Shown here: piece after piece, positions 23,902 through 35,133 of the stretch
Layout of the letters: each line of letters starts with the position of its first letter
How positions within the stretch are numbered: position 1 is the stretch's first letter
NCBI GenBank assembly: GCA_051313645.2
Contig: JBNRSN020000007.1
Coordinates: 138,942,001-139,006,000, forward strand
Direction of reading: 5' to 3'
DNA: 64,000 bases
From: Centroscyllium fabricii
Taxonomy: Eukaryota
Made by a program: the position numbers and the translations under genes
The notes under the pieces: model-generated
Told to the model about the DNA's origin: nothing
Seen by the model: only the letters and a program-made list of their open reading frames with translations
The model's database searches: none

Positions 23902-24338
23902 TGTCAGTTGGTAGCACTCATCTCTCAATCAAAATGTTGTGGGTTCAAGAACCACTCCAGAGAGCACAAAAATCGAGGCTGACACTCCAGTGCAGTACTG
24001 AGGGAGTGCTGCACCGTCAGAGGTGCCGTCTTTCAGATGAGATGTTAAACCGAGGTCCCGTCTGCTCTCTCAGGCTGACGTAAAAGATCCCATGGCACTA
24101 TTTTGAAGAGGAGCAGGAGAGTTATCCTCTGTGTCCTGGCCAATATTTATCCCTCAATCAACATCACTAAAAAAGCAGATGATCTGGTCATGATCGTACT
24201 GCTGTTTGTGGCAAATCCGCTGCCATGTTTCCTGTATTACAACAGTGGCTACACTCCAAACGTACTTAATTGGCTTCAAAGCACTTTGGGACGCCCTGAG
24301 ATTGTGAAAGCGCTATATTGATGCAAGTTCTTTCTTTA
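23902..24338 (+). mobile_element. SacSINE1-like Deu-SINE, near full length
   Basis: tRNA-like head, Deu-domain GGTGCCGTCTTTCAGATGAGATGTTAAACCGAGG...TAAAAGATCCCATGGCACTATTT, and an L2-like tail. Confidence 0.85.
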
Positions 24339-24968
24339 TCCAGTACTTTCATGCGTCTACAAGTCTGCTGCTGGGAACGAGGAGCCGGATTTAGCAATGT
24401 AAATGGCTCACAGACATCAGTCTTTTTCATCCTGATTGGCCATCAAACCTGGCATCGGGCTGGTTTACTGACTGAACGGTTGCATAGCAGGTGTCTCACT
24501 CTCAAATCAGTAGAAAGTTTTGCTGATGTGAAACAAATACTGCAAAAGTCAAAATCATAAATGCAAATTAAAGACTTGCTGAAAAAGTGAAAAGGAAAAT
24601 ATGTTTCTGTCGAGCACTGCTATGTGTGTACTCGCTGTGCCTCTCAGCGTCCTGTTGGTTGATTTGTTCTGCTCTGTGGTTGAATGTGTTTTCCTGTGAA
24701 GGAACAAAGTCACGCTAGTCACCAAGATGGTCACCGGATCACATGACATTGGACATCAGATCGCAGTGCACAAGGTTATTTCATTTGGCTCACACTCCTC
24801 CCCCACTGAAAACAGCAAGCAAAATTCTTCAAAGGCCTTTACAAAGGAGCTACACACAGATGCCACTTTAGACTAGACTAAAATTGCTGCCAATTTAAAC
24901 CAAGTGAATGATAAAAAGATTAGATTGGAAACGTTTTACAGCAAGGGGCAGTTTGAGCTTTTTTTTTT

Positions 24969-25185
24969 AAAGAAAAAGGCTTGCATTGATATAGCACCAT
25001 TCACAACCACCGGACGTCTCAAAGCGCTTTACAGCCAATGAAGTACTGTTGAAGTGGAGTCACTGTTGTAATGTGGGAAACGCGGCAGCCAATTTGCGCA
25101 CAGCAAGCTCCCACAAACAGCCACATGATAGTGATCAGATTATCAGTTTTTTTTATGTTGATTGAGAGATAAATATTGTCCAGGA
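24969..25185 (-). mobile_element. Deu-SINE 3' half
   Basis: Reverse complement of the 3' half of the 39001-39373 copy. Confidence 0.8.
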
Positions 25186-25594
25186 CGTGAAACTAGATTT
25201 AACAAAAGAATTGAGCATGTGCATTGGAAAAAATCAAAATGATGCAGGGTCTTAACACCCATTTCTATGATCATCAGCATGTTGGGCCCAGTCTTGTTGA
25301 CATAACTGTGCTCGTGAAGGAAGGGGTGGGGAAAGAGGGAGCAAGACAGAGAGTGAAAACAGACACAGCAAGGTAGACACATACAAAGAGAGAGTGTGTG
25401 CACGTGGGAGAGAGAGTGCATGAGAGATAATACAGAGGGATAAGTGAGACCACGAAAAGTCTTGTAAAAATTGCATTAAGGTACCAATAACAACTGCCAG
25501 ATTTCCCATAGCTAATGCACACTCCAGCAATCGCAGTACTGCAAGCAGATACCTTTGCATTTGAATTTCTACCGAGTAGGTCGAGGTGTCCAGC

Positions 25595-26625
25595 AAAATA
25601 CTGCAGATGCTGGAAATCTGAAATAACAGAAAATGCTGGAAAAACTCAGCAGGCCAGGCAGCATCGGTGGAGAGAAATATAGAGTCGGCGTTTCGGGTTG
25701 GGACCCTTTATCTGATAAACGGTCCCAACCCGAAATGTCGACTCTATGGGGGAGATTTCGCCGGAAGGGCGGGAACCTGGCGGGAATTGGTCTGGGCCAC
25801 GCAATTTTAGTTTAATTAGGTTGTTAAATCCCCGCCAGCGGCAGCGGGAGGTAATTAGGTCAGCGGTCTCCAACCGCCGGTCCGCGGACCGGCTCCGGGC
25901 CGCGGGACAGTTTTACCGGTCCGCGGACGGTTCTGAGAATCCGCGCATGCGTCGAATCAACGACCTTGCCGCGGACCGTCGGCTAATGATCGGCGCATGC
26001 GCCGCCTCACAGACCCAGCCGCTGACAACTGAAGGAAATGCAGCGGCAGGGTCTGTGAATCTACGCATGCGCTGCCTCACAGACCCAGCCGCTGCCCGCT
26101 GGCAACTGAAGGAATTGCAGCGGCAGGGTCTGTGAATATACGCATGCGCTGCCTCACAGACCCAGCCGCTGCCCGCTGGCAACTGAAGGAATTGCAGCGG
26201 CACGGTCTGTGAATCGGCAGAGTTGCTTACTCCTCTAAGGTGCGGGAGGCATGCCAAGCATTTGGCAGCATGTCCTTCACACCTTGAAGGAGAAAGTAAT
26301 AAGCAGCGCTGTGCTCCCGCTGAGTTTCACCCAGTGGGGTTTAGGGTGGCAGGGTTAGGGCGAGAAACAGGGCAAAATGGCTGAGGGCCCTTAAAATGGC
26401 ATTAAAGATGCCAATTAAGGGCCCATAATGAGGTGACAACCCATTCCCACCGGTCGGCGGCGGGAAGGTTTCGGGGCGGGGAATCTGGGCGGGGGAAAAT
26501 GAGAAAGCGGCGGGGATGCGGGACCTGCCGGTTGCGCTATTTTGCCGGCCGACATGAAAATCCCCCCCTATATTTCTCTCTGCTGATGCTGCCTGCCCTG
26601 CTGAGTTTTTCCTGCATTTTCTGTT
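25595..26625. mobile_element. Fold-back Penelope-like family 2 insertion, split by a MITE
   Basis: The 25595-25712 arm is the inverse of 25711-25747 plus 26569-26625; centre CGTTTCGGGTTGGGACCCTTTATC/TGATAAACGGTCCCAACCCGAAATG. Confidence 0.75.
25748..26568 (-). mobile_element. Harbinger MITE family A with its core replaced by a foreign insert (25861-26218)
   Basis: Both ends intact, TSD TAT. The interior begins CAGCGGTCTCCAACC (hAT-like end) and includes about three 71-bp tandem units. Confidence 0.85.
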
Positions 26626-26759
26626 GTGCAGGAGAAGTGCATCTGAATCTTCATCACTGGTATTGTGAACAGACTGTTTGATGTAAATGTTTAAGTACAG
26701 CTGCACAAGCTCTCCTGACTTTCACATAACCATGGGAGATCTAATTAAGCACTAAAAGC

Positions 26760-27340
26760 AACTCTGGTTCTGTTCCCACTGCCCTGTAGAGGGTCCAAGC
26801 ATATCTCCAGTGTAGTAAGGGATTGACATTGCCATGGAGTTGGTCAGCCTCGAGTATACTGGTCTGCATGGCCGCAGAATGCCAACAAGAAACTGGTTTC
26901 CAACGTCTGACAGAACTACAATATTCCATCACTGAGTAGGTCCTGCTTTTGTACAACACCAAAGTTGCTGGCATGACAAGTAGGCCTGAAATTCCTTACA
27001 GAATCCACTAGTTCACCAATTCTTCCCATCATGTTCTCTACTTATTTATCCCAACATAGATCAGATGTGGTCACCTAGCCTTGCAGCTCACTGATTTGAA
27101 CTGACGAGCTTGCAGTCTTTATAGCGAAGAATGGATAGGAATGTGGTCAATCTTTCTCAGCAGTAATACTGTCTTGGCCTTCTTAGCTGTAACACATTAT
27201 GTGCCCACTTTCCAGTTTGGTTCCTAATCTTCCTGTAGGGAGGATTTAGCAGCAATAGGCAGCTATGCATGGGTCAGATTCACCCGTGGTAAACTCAACT
27301 CCAAAGTAATTGGGATCTGGCACATGAGCGAAGAGTGAAA
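26760..27340 (-). pseudogene. Highly decayed non-LTR reverse transcriptase remnant
   Basis: LVLYKSRTYSVMEYCSSV resembles LSTIYKAQVRSVMEYSPLAW of the 43216 ORF. Confidence 0.5.
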
Positions 27341-27914
27341 TTGTCATAGGGCTTAGTTACAGTCTGGCAAGTCCCTTTCCCTTCTCCCAAGGGAAGCCTA
27401 GTCCCACCAACAGCAGGGTTTTCTTCATGAAGTTGCCTCTGACTGCATTCCTGCTGTGTACAAAGTTCCGGCACTTTGGTGGGTGTGGGTTGCAGTGGAG
27501 TTAATAATCCAATACAATTTGCTTCCAGTCTGTTGGCATGTTTACTTTACCGTGCACCACTCCAAACACGAGGAAACCCAAGGAAGTGTTCAATGCTCCA
27601 AAACAGAGCGGCTGTGGAGCTTGGACAAAATGTTTTAACCTCTGCCTCAACCGGCTGCATTTCATCGTGTAAAGTAGCCGAACTACAGTAAACCCACCCA
27701 TGGAAGTCAGTCTTCTGAAACAATCACAATTCCTGTAAAATATAACACTAATACTTTAGCAACACAGAAATGAACCTGCATAACACTGCTGTCACCCGAG
27801 AGACTATTCAAAAATAATAATTAGCAGCACCAAAGCCCCAAATTGCAAAATGAGCAGAGTGTGTGGTTGGGAATGCAGATAACATGCAGTGTGTATACCA
27901 AATAGACAGATCAT

Positions 27915-28564
27915 GGGGGAAAATTCAGTTGTTTGCACCTCCTGTTAGCACCTTAAGAGGGCACTAATAGGGCGCAAAGCAACTAGCGCCCGGGCGCGGC
28001 GATGTTAGTGCCGCTCGCGAAATTAACCAGACATTTTGCGGCGGCGCTAAACACTACCGCCACAATCTGCTGCGCCGGCAGATGATGACATCAGTCGAGT
28101 GCGCAACGCCCCGGACCAGATATTGAGTGGTGTCTCCTGCCTTACCGCCTGCAACAGGTTGAGGGGGAGCGGTCTGCAGTCAGAAAGGGACTGGGGTAGC
28201 GCTAGTTAAAGGTGACCGCTTCCTGCCTTTTTTTGTTGGTGACATTTTTGCACCACACATTCTGAGAGAGAGAGACTTCTGGAGAGATTCAACGCTGCGT
28301 GAAGGAGTTTTGGGTACTGAGCAGCACTTTGCAGGTTCATTTTGATTTGCCCTTCCTTGCTTTGCCAGCGCTCTGAGGTAGCGCCTCGCTCCTCGGCTTT
28401 TGCGCCTTAAGACAGGTGTGAAGCGCCTGATTTACTGCTCCAGTCACCTCCAGGGGTGATAAAAGCCAAGTTTGCCATCGGAGGCGATAATTAGCGGCAG
28501 GCGCTAAACTTTGCGCACGGCCGACAATGGCGCCCCAAATGGGGCGATACTGAATTTTTGCCCC
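27915..28564. mobile_element. Non-autonomous PIF/Harbinger-like element (family D)
   Basis: GGGGGAAAATTCAGT...ACTGAATTTTTGCCCC TIR, 3-bp TSD CAT, multiple (G)GCGCTAA/TTAGCGCC subterminal motifs. Confidence 0.78.
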
Positions 28565-29202
28565 CATATACCTTCAGCTGCTGCCTTACTATCACCTATT
28601 TACCCTATCACCTACATCATTATACCTGTACTACTATCGCAATTGCACAACAGTAAGAATTAAAAATAATACTCGATGGTCAGTCATCTTGTATCAGGTG
28701 CAACCCACTAACCTGTGCCATTGAATTGAACAGCCATGTGTGTGTGACAATCTAGCAGTGAGGCGCAGTCCATCACTTGAGCACCGGTCCACTAGACCGG
28801 CAGCAGCATTGCTTTGCGGTAGATGGCTGATTACACAGTTCAAAGCAATTCAAGAGACTCAGACACCCCACCCCACCCTATCTTTGAGTCTGCTGCAATC
28901 TTCTCTCTGCACAGCACCCACCCTCACCCCACCCCCAGATTCCCCGCCCCAGAATGAGTTTCAGTAGCAACCGGTCAGATGTGTGACCTTTCTGCTGTTG
29001 ATGAAATTCAGTGCTGTTTCTTAATGTACAGGAGCACTTTTTCTTTAAACGTAGGAATGACCAAAGGATACCAATAATGGCTCACGTGCTTCTCTTCAAA
29101 ACATTTCACATTATGTAGTGACTCAGAAGAACGTGCCCCCTTTAATTCACAAATGGCAGTCTTACAGTGTAAACCTTGCAGTCAATTACCTGGGATAAAT
29201 GA

Positions 29203-29375
29203 AAACAGCAAACACAGAGTCTGAAATAAAAGCTGAAGGTGTTGGAAATACAGAAGAGCACTCAGCATCTGAGGGAGAAAGACTGTGATGAGCGAAGTCC
29301 AGTCAAAATGTTAACCTGTATTTTCTCTCTTTCAGAACCTGACTGACAAGCTACGCGTTTCCAGTGTTCTCTCTT
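29203..29375. mobile_element. Old, diverged fold-back Penelope-like family 2 relative
   Basis: Diverged AAAGCTGAAGGTGTTGGAAATAC...CAGCATCTG arm followed by an inverted TGATGAG...CAAAATGTTAACCTG...TTTCCAG arm. Confidence 0.5.
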
Positions 29376-29422
29376 CAATTACTATCTTTTCAACATGCAA
29401 GACTGATGCACTATAAAGCCAT

Positions 29423-29929
29423 GGCTCAGTGGGTAGCAATCTTGCATCTCAGTCAGAAGGTTGTGGGTTCAACACAATAATCTAGGCTCACACTTTAGTG
29501 CAGTACTGAGGGAGCGGTGCTGCTAATGATTATTTTTGAATAGTCTCTCTGGTGACAGTAGTATGCGCAGGTTCATTTCTGTGTTGGTAAAGTATTACTG
29601 TTATATTTTACAGGATCAGGCATTAAATGGAGGCCCCTGTCAGTTGGACGTGAAAGATCCCACAGTACAATGTCATGAAGAGCGGGGGGTGGGGGTTCTC
29701 TCCAGGTTCCTGTCCAATAGTTATCACTCGACCCGCACCTAAAAACAGATGATCTGGTCATTCATTTAATTGCGGTTTGTGGGGTCTTGCTGTGCGCATA
29801 TTGGCTGCCATGTTTCCCTACATTACAACAGTGACTACACTTCCTAAAGTGCTTTACAGCCAATGAAATACTTTTGATGTCCTGTGGTCATGAAAGGCGC
29901 TATACAAATGCAAGTTCTTTGTTTCTTTA
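29423..29929 (+). mobile_element. Deu-SINE with a short internal insertion
   Basis: GGCTCAGTGGGTAGCA head through GCGCTATACAAATGCAAGTTCTTT tail. Confidence 0.8.
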
Positions 29930-30366
29930 TCCACTACTCTTGACTCCAATTTCCGTGCATCCACAAGTCTGCTGCCGGGAAAGAGGAGGCAGATTGAGCA
30001 ATGTAAATACTGGGAGTGACTCACAGACATCAGGCTCCAGAATCCAAATTAAAACCAAGCCAATATAAAGGCAGCTTTAAACATGAATCTTCAGGACACT
30101 TAAATACGGTGAACTATTCCATGATGAATTTCCCCGTCGAGTTATTATTGTGTCTGATCACACAAGAGGAACAGATTTACACTGAAGCCTTTAGTGCAGG
30201 GGTATCCAAGCTTTTCACCGGTGGGCTGCGTAAAGAGGAGCCCTGGGAACCACATCAACGTTTAAACCCATGTTCCCATTCATTTGCAGATATCCCAAGT
30301 TGCTGATAGTAACACATTTCCTTCAAGAGCCTCCTTAAAACTTACCTCTTTGAACAAGCTTTTGGT

Positions 30367-30641
30367 TGTAATGATATGTGATCATGTTTGCTTGTTTGAC
30401 TATCTATGCCTTACTAGCAGTAATCATAGTTGCCTGTTTGATTATCCATGCCTGGCCAGTAGAGGTCATGTGACAAGAAGCCAGTGCTGTGTAAGTTAGT
30501 TTCAGTTTAAGTTGGATCTCTAAGATGGAGACTCTGTACAGCCTCTGTAAAAGCTGTAAGTTACTTGTATATACTTTAGATTAAACAACATTCTCCTTCA
30601 TATATGTGTAGTCTTTGGAACCCACAATACAAAACGAAACA
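30367..30641. mobile_element. Solo LTR (family Y) inserted in an L2 3' fragment (30328-30762)
   Basis: TGTAATG...GAAACA termini, 5-bp TSD TTGGT; near-identical to 57171-57466. Confidence 0.88.
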
Positions 30642-31034
30642 TTGGTCACCTGTTCTAATGTCTCCTTCTTTGGCTTGGTGTCAATTTATGTCGGATTCCA
30701 CTCCTGCAAAGAGCCTTGGGACTTTTTACTGTATTGAAGGTGCTATATAAATGCAAGTTGTTTTTGGTGGTGGGGTTCCGATTTAGCATTTTTGCACCAA
30801 TGGGACAATCGTGCGAAGAACAGCTCTTTCCAAACCTCCAGGGCGTACAATTCAAATTGAACAATCAGGTGAAGAAGAAAGGAGTGCAAATGGCCCATGG
30901 GTTAGTGAACACATCAAAGCTCTCCAGGCCACTCACCACTACCTGGATAAAGCAGTTTCTCTATGGGAGGATACGCACCTACTATATAATACTAAGTCGG
31001 CAATCCCCAGCTTGATCTCCTTCCTGCCTGTTCC

Positions 31035-31310
31035 ATAGAATGTACAGCACAGAAACAAGCCATTCAGCATAACTAGTCCATGCTGGTGTTTATGCTCCAC
31101 ACGAGCCTCCTCCCACCCCTCTTGCCTAACCCCATCAGCATAACCGTCTATTCCTTTCTCCCTCATGTGTTTAACTAGATTACCCTGAGATTCATCTATT
31201 CTATTCGCCTCAACTACCTGTGGTAGCAAGTTCCACATTCTAACCACTCTCTGGGTAAAGAAGTTTCTCTATTGGATTTATTAGTGACTATTTTATATTT
31301 ACAGCCTCTA
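31035..31310 (-). mobile_element. Older CR1 3' end
   Basis: FFTQRVVRMWNLLPQVVEAN C-terminus and 3' UTR. Confidence 0.78.
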
Positions 31311-31477
31311 GTCGACCAAATTTTGAATTAGACCGCCCCGTGTTGGTCAAGCCCAGCTCCGCAACTTAGTGGTGGTATTGGTGGGGGGTGGGGGAGAAAG
31401 AGAGGGGAGGACAGGCCATGGATGGAGAGAGCACTTTTAGCCACCTTTCTCTTATCTGCACGGATGGGTGCTTAGGG

Positions 31478-32817
31478 CAGGGTGCGACAAAACCGCTTGC
31501 CCGGGGCAAGTAAAATGCACCACTGGGCAAGTGAATCAAAATCTTACTTGCCCGACCGGGCAAGTGATCGAGGTCATGGGAATGGGTAGGTGGATCCCGC
31601 CCTGGAGGCGGGTGCAAATTGGCAAGGGGCCGGGCGCGCTTCGGCCGATGGGTTTTCAAATCTGCCCCGCCCAAGCTCGGCCAATCACAGCCCGGCAGTT
31701 TTCTCGCGCTCCGCCCCGCGCCCGTGCTCGGCCAATCATAGCTCGCTCCGGCCGCCCGCCCGCCGCCGCAACACCTCAGCGTCTCGCAGCAGTTCGAACC
31801 AGCAGTGAAGTGAGGCCGGCGTTTCCCTGCATTCAATCCCTCTTTCACTTCACTGCGTCCACAGCAGAGGGGAACCTTGGCGTGGCGGGGGGGGGCTCGG
31901 CGGCATTTGGGTGAGCCGACGACTCGGCGGGCCCGGCAGCATCGGGGGGGCGCGACTCGGCGGGCCCGGCAGCATCGGGGGGGCGCGTCTCGGCGGGCCT
32001 GGCAGTATCGGGGGGGGGAGGGGGGGGGGGACTCGACTCGGTGTGCCCGGCAGCATCGGAGGGGTGTTCGACCGGCGGGGCAGCATCAGGGGAAAGAGGT
32101 ATGGAGTCAACGTTTCGGGTTCGGACCCTTTGAGAGGCGCTGGTATTCCTGCTCCTCCAGGCATCTGGGAGTGTCCGAGTGCTGAGTTTATTCCCTTTGT
32201 GAGGTTCAGGGACACTGACACCCAGAGACCGAATCCTGGGACAGTCCAGGGCACGACAAAACCGTTTGCCCGCTCGATGATCGAGGCCACGGGCACAGGT
32301 GGGTGGATCCCGCCCTGGAGGCGGGTGCGGAATGGCCGGCGGGGCCTGGCGGCGCGGCGGGGATTAGAGGAGGCAGCGGGTCAATCAGGGGATGGGGCAG
32401 CAGTCGGGTTAGGTAGAGCGGGCTGGTGGCGCGCGGCAAGAGTGGGTCGGTGCCGTTGTCCCACTGAGGGCGAGAGAAAAAAACCAGAGCGGCTGCTGGA
32501 CGAAGGTAGGCGGGGAGAGTGAGTGAGGGAGTCCGCGGCCTGCGGAGGCTTCACAAAGTTTGGTAAATGAGAAAAGAATGTTCAGAGTAGAGAAAGAGAG
32601 AGAGAGACCCTGGCAGAGAGGGGTAGAAACCGGACCAATGCAACTAAAGGCACTATCACAATCTATGGCTTTATATTGAAGCATTTTAATAAAAATGTAA
32701 AATCTTTATTTATTTCTTTAAAAATTTCAGGCAAGTGAAATTTGTGTTCGGGCAAGTGTTTTAGAAATCCACTTGCCTGACGGGACAAGTGAAAAAAAAT
32801 GTTTTTGGAGCACCCTG
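31478..32817. mobile_element. Non-autonomous DNA transposon (hAT-like) with CAGGGTGC TIRs
   Basis: CAGGGTGC-AAAA...TTTT-GCACCCTG, CTTAGGG duplicated at 31471-31477 and 32818-32824, GGGCAAGT/ACTTGCCC subterminal repeats at both ends, internal ~31-bp tandem array at 31918-32085. Confidence 0.82.
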
Positions 32818-33685
32818 CTTAGGGGAACAGTTAGTCAGTCAACTGTTGCAGTGAGTAATGGAGGTGAGTGCTGCTGGAGGGAACGGAGGTTGGCAGTTGG
32901 ATGCGGAGAGGCAGAACAATCAGCCGTGTACAGCAACTTCGGGACTCAGGGAACTTATCCACCAGGAATGCCCTCCTTTATGGCTCCACTGCAACTCACT
33001 AGTTTGCAAGTAACATAAGTCCATGTATCCTTTCACACCAATCCTTTGCCAATTCCTCATCTGTTTTCTTAGTTCATCGAATCTTTTGTAGTTCTTGCAT
33101 ATCCAATAGGTGGCCTTCCTGTCCACAGCCATGATTCTATTACTTTTGAGGCTGATTTTTCTCTGGATATAGTTTAGATCCGGTGAAAATCGATCCAAGT
33201 TTTGAAACTCCTATGCCAAGTAATGTGAAAACAATTTTCTGGCACCACTCTTGATATCAGGCGTGTTTAGAAATGTAAAGCATCTTACAAGACACCTCAT
33301 TCTAATCAATAATGACGCTTTAACTCAAAAAGGCAGGCTGTGCTCAATCCATAAAATTGTACTTAGTACCAAGAAGGAGGCTAATTAAAATGGATAGAAG
33401 GAAGCCGAAACCCTATAACGTCTGAATCACCGATGATTAAACGTATTGCAATTAAGCACATGAACAGACTTAAGACATTTTCAAGTTCGAACAGAGCTGC
33501 TTAATCCTTTCCAAGTTGCCACTGATTTAAAGCCTGTATAAAAACAACATACACTTTTATGGCACTGTAAACATAATTTAATGCCCCAAAGTGCTTCAGA
33601 GAGGGAAAAATAACTGGACACCAAGCAGCGGTAGAAGAAAGATTAGAAGAGGTGACTAAAAGCCAGGTCCAAGAGATGCGTCTTA

Positions 33686-35133
33686 CATAGAAGATAAGAG
33701 CAGGAGCAGGAGCAGGCCATTTGGCCCCTCGAGCCTGATCCGCCATTCAATGAGATCAGGGCTGATCATTCAAATTCAGTACCTTGTCCCTGCTTTCTCC
33801 CCATATCCCTTAATCCCTTTAGCCTTAAGGAATATATACAACTCCTTCTTGAATATATTTAATGAACTGGCCTCCACCGCCTTCTGTGGCAGAGAATTCC
33901 ACAAGTTCACCACTCTCTGGGTGAAGAAATTCCTCCTCAACTCAGTCCTAAATGGCTTACCCCTTATCCTTAGACTATGACCCCTGGTTCTGGACTCCCT
34001 CACCATCGGGAACATCCTTCCTGCATCTAGTCTGTCCAGGCCTGACAAAATTTTATAGGTTTCGATGAGATCCCCTCTCATTCTTCTAAACTCCAGTGAG
34101 TACAAGCCCAATCGACACAATCTCTCCTCATACGTCATTCCTGCCATCCCAGGTATCAGCCTGGTGAATCTTCGCTGCACTCCTTCCATGGCAAGAACAT
34201 CCTTCCTTAGATAAGGCGACCAAAACTGCACACAACATTCAAGATGTGGTCTCACCAAGGCCCTGTACAACTGCAGAAAGACATCCTTGTTCCTGTACTC
34301 GAACCCTCTTGCTAAATAGGCCAACATACCATTTGGCTCCTTAACCGCCTGCTGACCTTCAGTGACTGGTGCACAAGAACACCCAGGTCTCTTTGCACTT
34401 CCCTGTCTCCCAATCTATTGCCATTCAAATAATAATCTGCCTTCCTGTTTTTGCCACCAAAGTGGGTAAACTCACATTTATCCACATTATAGTGCATTTG
34501 CCAGGTTTCTGCCCAATCAGCCAACCTGTCCAAATCGTACTGGAGTATCATGACATCCTCCTCACAGCATACCCTCCCACCCAACTTTGTGTCATCTGCA
34601 AATTTGTAGATATTACATCTAGTTCCCTTGTGTATATTGTGAATAGCTGGGGTCCTAGGACCGATCCTTGCGGTACCACACTAGTCACTGCCTGCCACTT
34701 GGAAAAAGACCCGTTTCTTCCAACTCTTTGCTTTCTGTCTGCCAACCAGTTCTCTATCCAAGTCAATACCTTGCCCCCAATCCCATGTGCCTTAATTTTG
34801 CATGCTAATCTCTTATGCGGGACCTTATCGAAAGCCTTCTGAAAGTCTAAATACACCACGTCCACTGGATCTCCCTCAACTATTCTACCGGTTACATCCT
34901 CAAAAAATTCCAGTAGATTAGTCAAGCACAATTTACCTTTTGTAAATCCATGTTGACTTTGTCTGATCGGGTCACTGTTTTGCAAGTGCTCTGCTATTAC
35001 ATCTTTTATAATGGACTCGAGCATTTTCCCCACTACCGATGTCAGGCTTACCGGTCTATAATTCCCTGCTTTAACTCTACCACCTTTTTTGAATAGTGGG
35101 GTAACATCAGCTACCCTCCAATCCATGGGTACT
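33686..35133 (-). mobile_element. CR1 LINE, 5'-truncated, frameshifted RT with intact 3' tail
   Basis: ORFs 34548-35156, 34312-34584 and 33776-34327 give LDFQKAFDKVPH, VPQGSVLGP and RNFFTQRVVNLWNSLP. Inserted into or adjacent to an L2 tail (33543-33685). Confidence 0.93.

Noticed and set aside
30197-30235. hAT-Charlie-like end CAGGGGTATCCAAGCTTTT
   Set aside because: No matching right end or TSD found.
31366-32684. Gly/Pro-rich ORFs up to 203 aa
   Set aside because: They come from the GC-rich tandem repeat and interior of a non-autonomous transposon; no recognisable domain.
32920-33198. 92-aa minus-strand ORF
   Set aside because: Starts at a non-ATG codon, has no recognisable motif or clear splice context, and may be decayed repeat.
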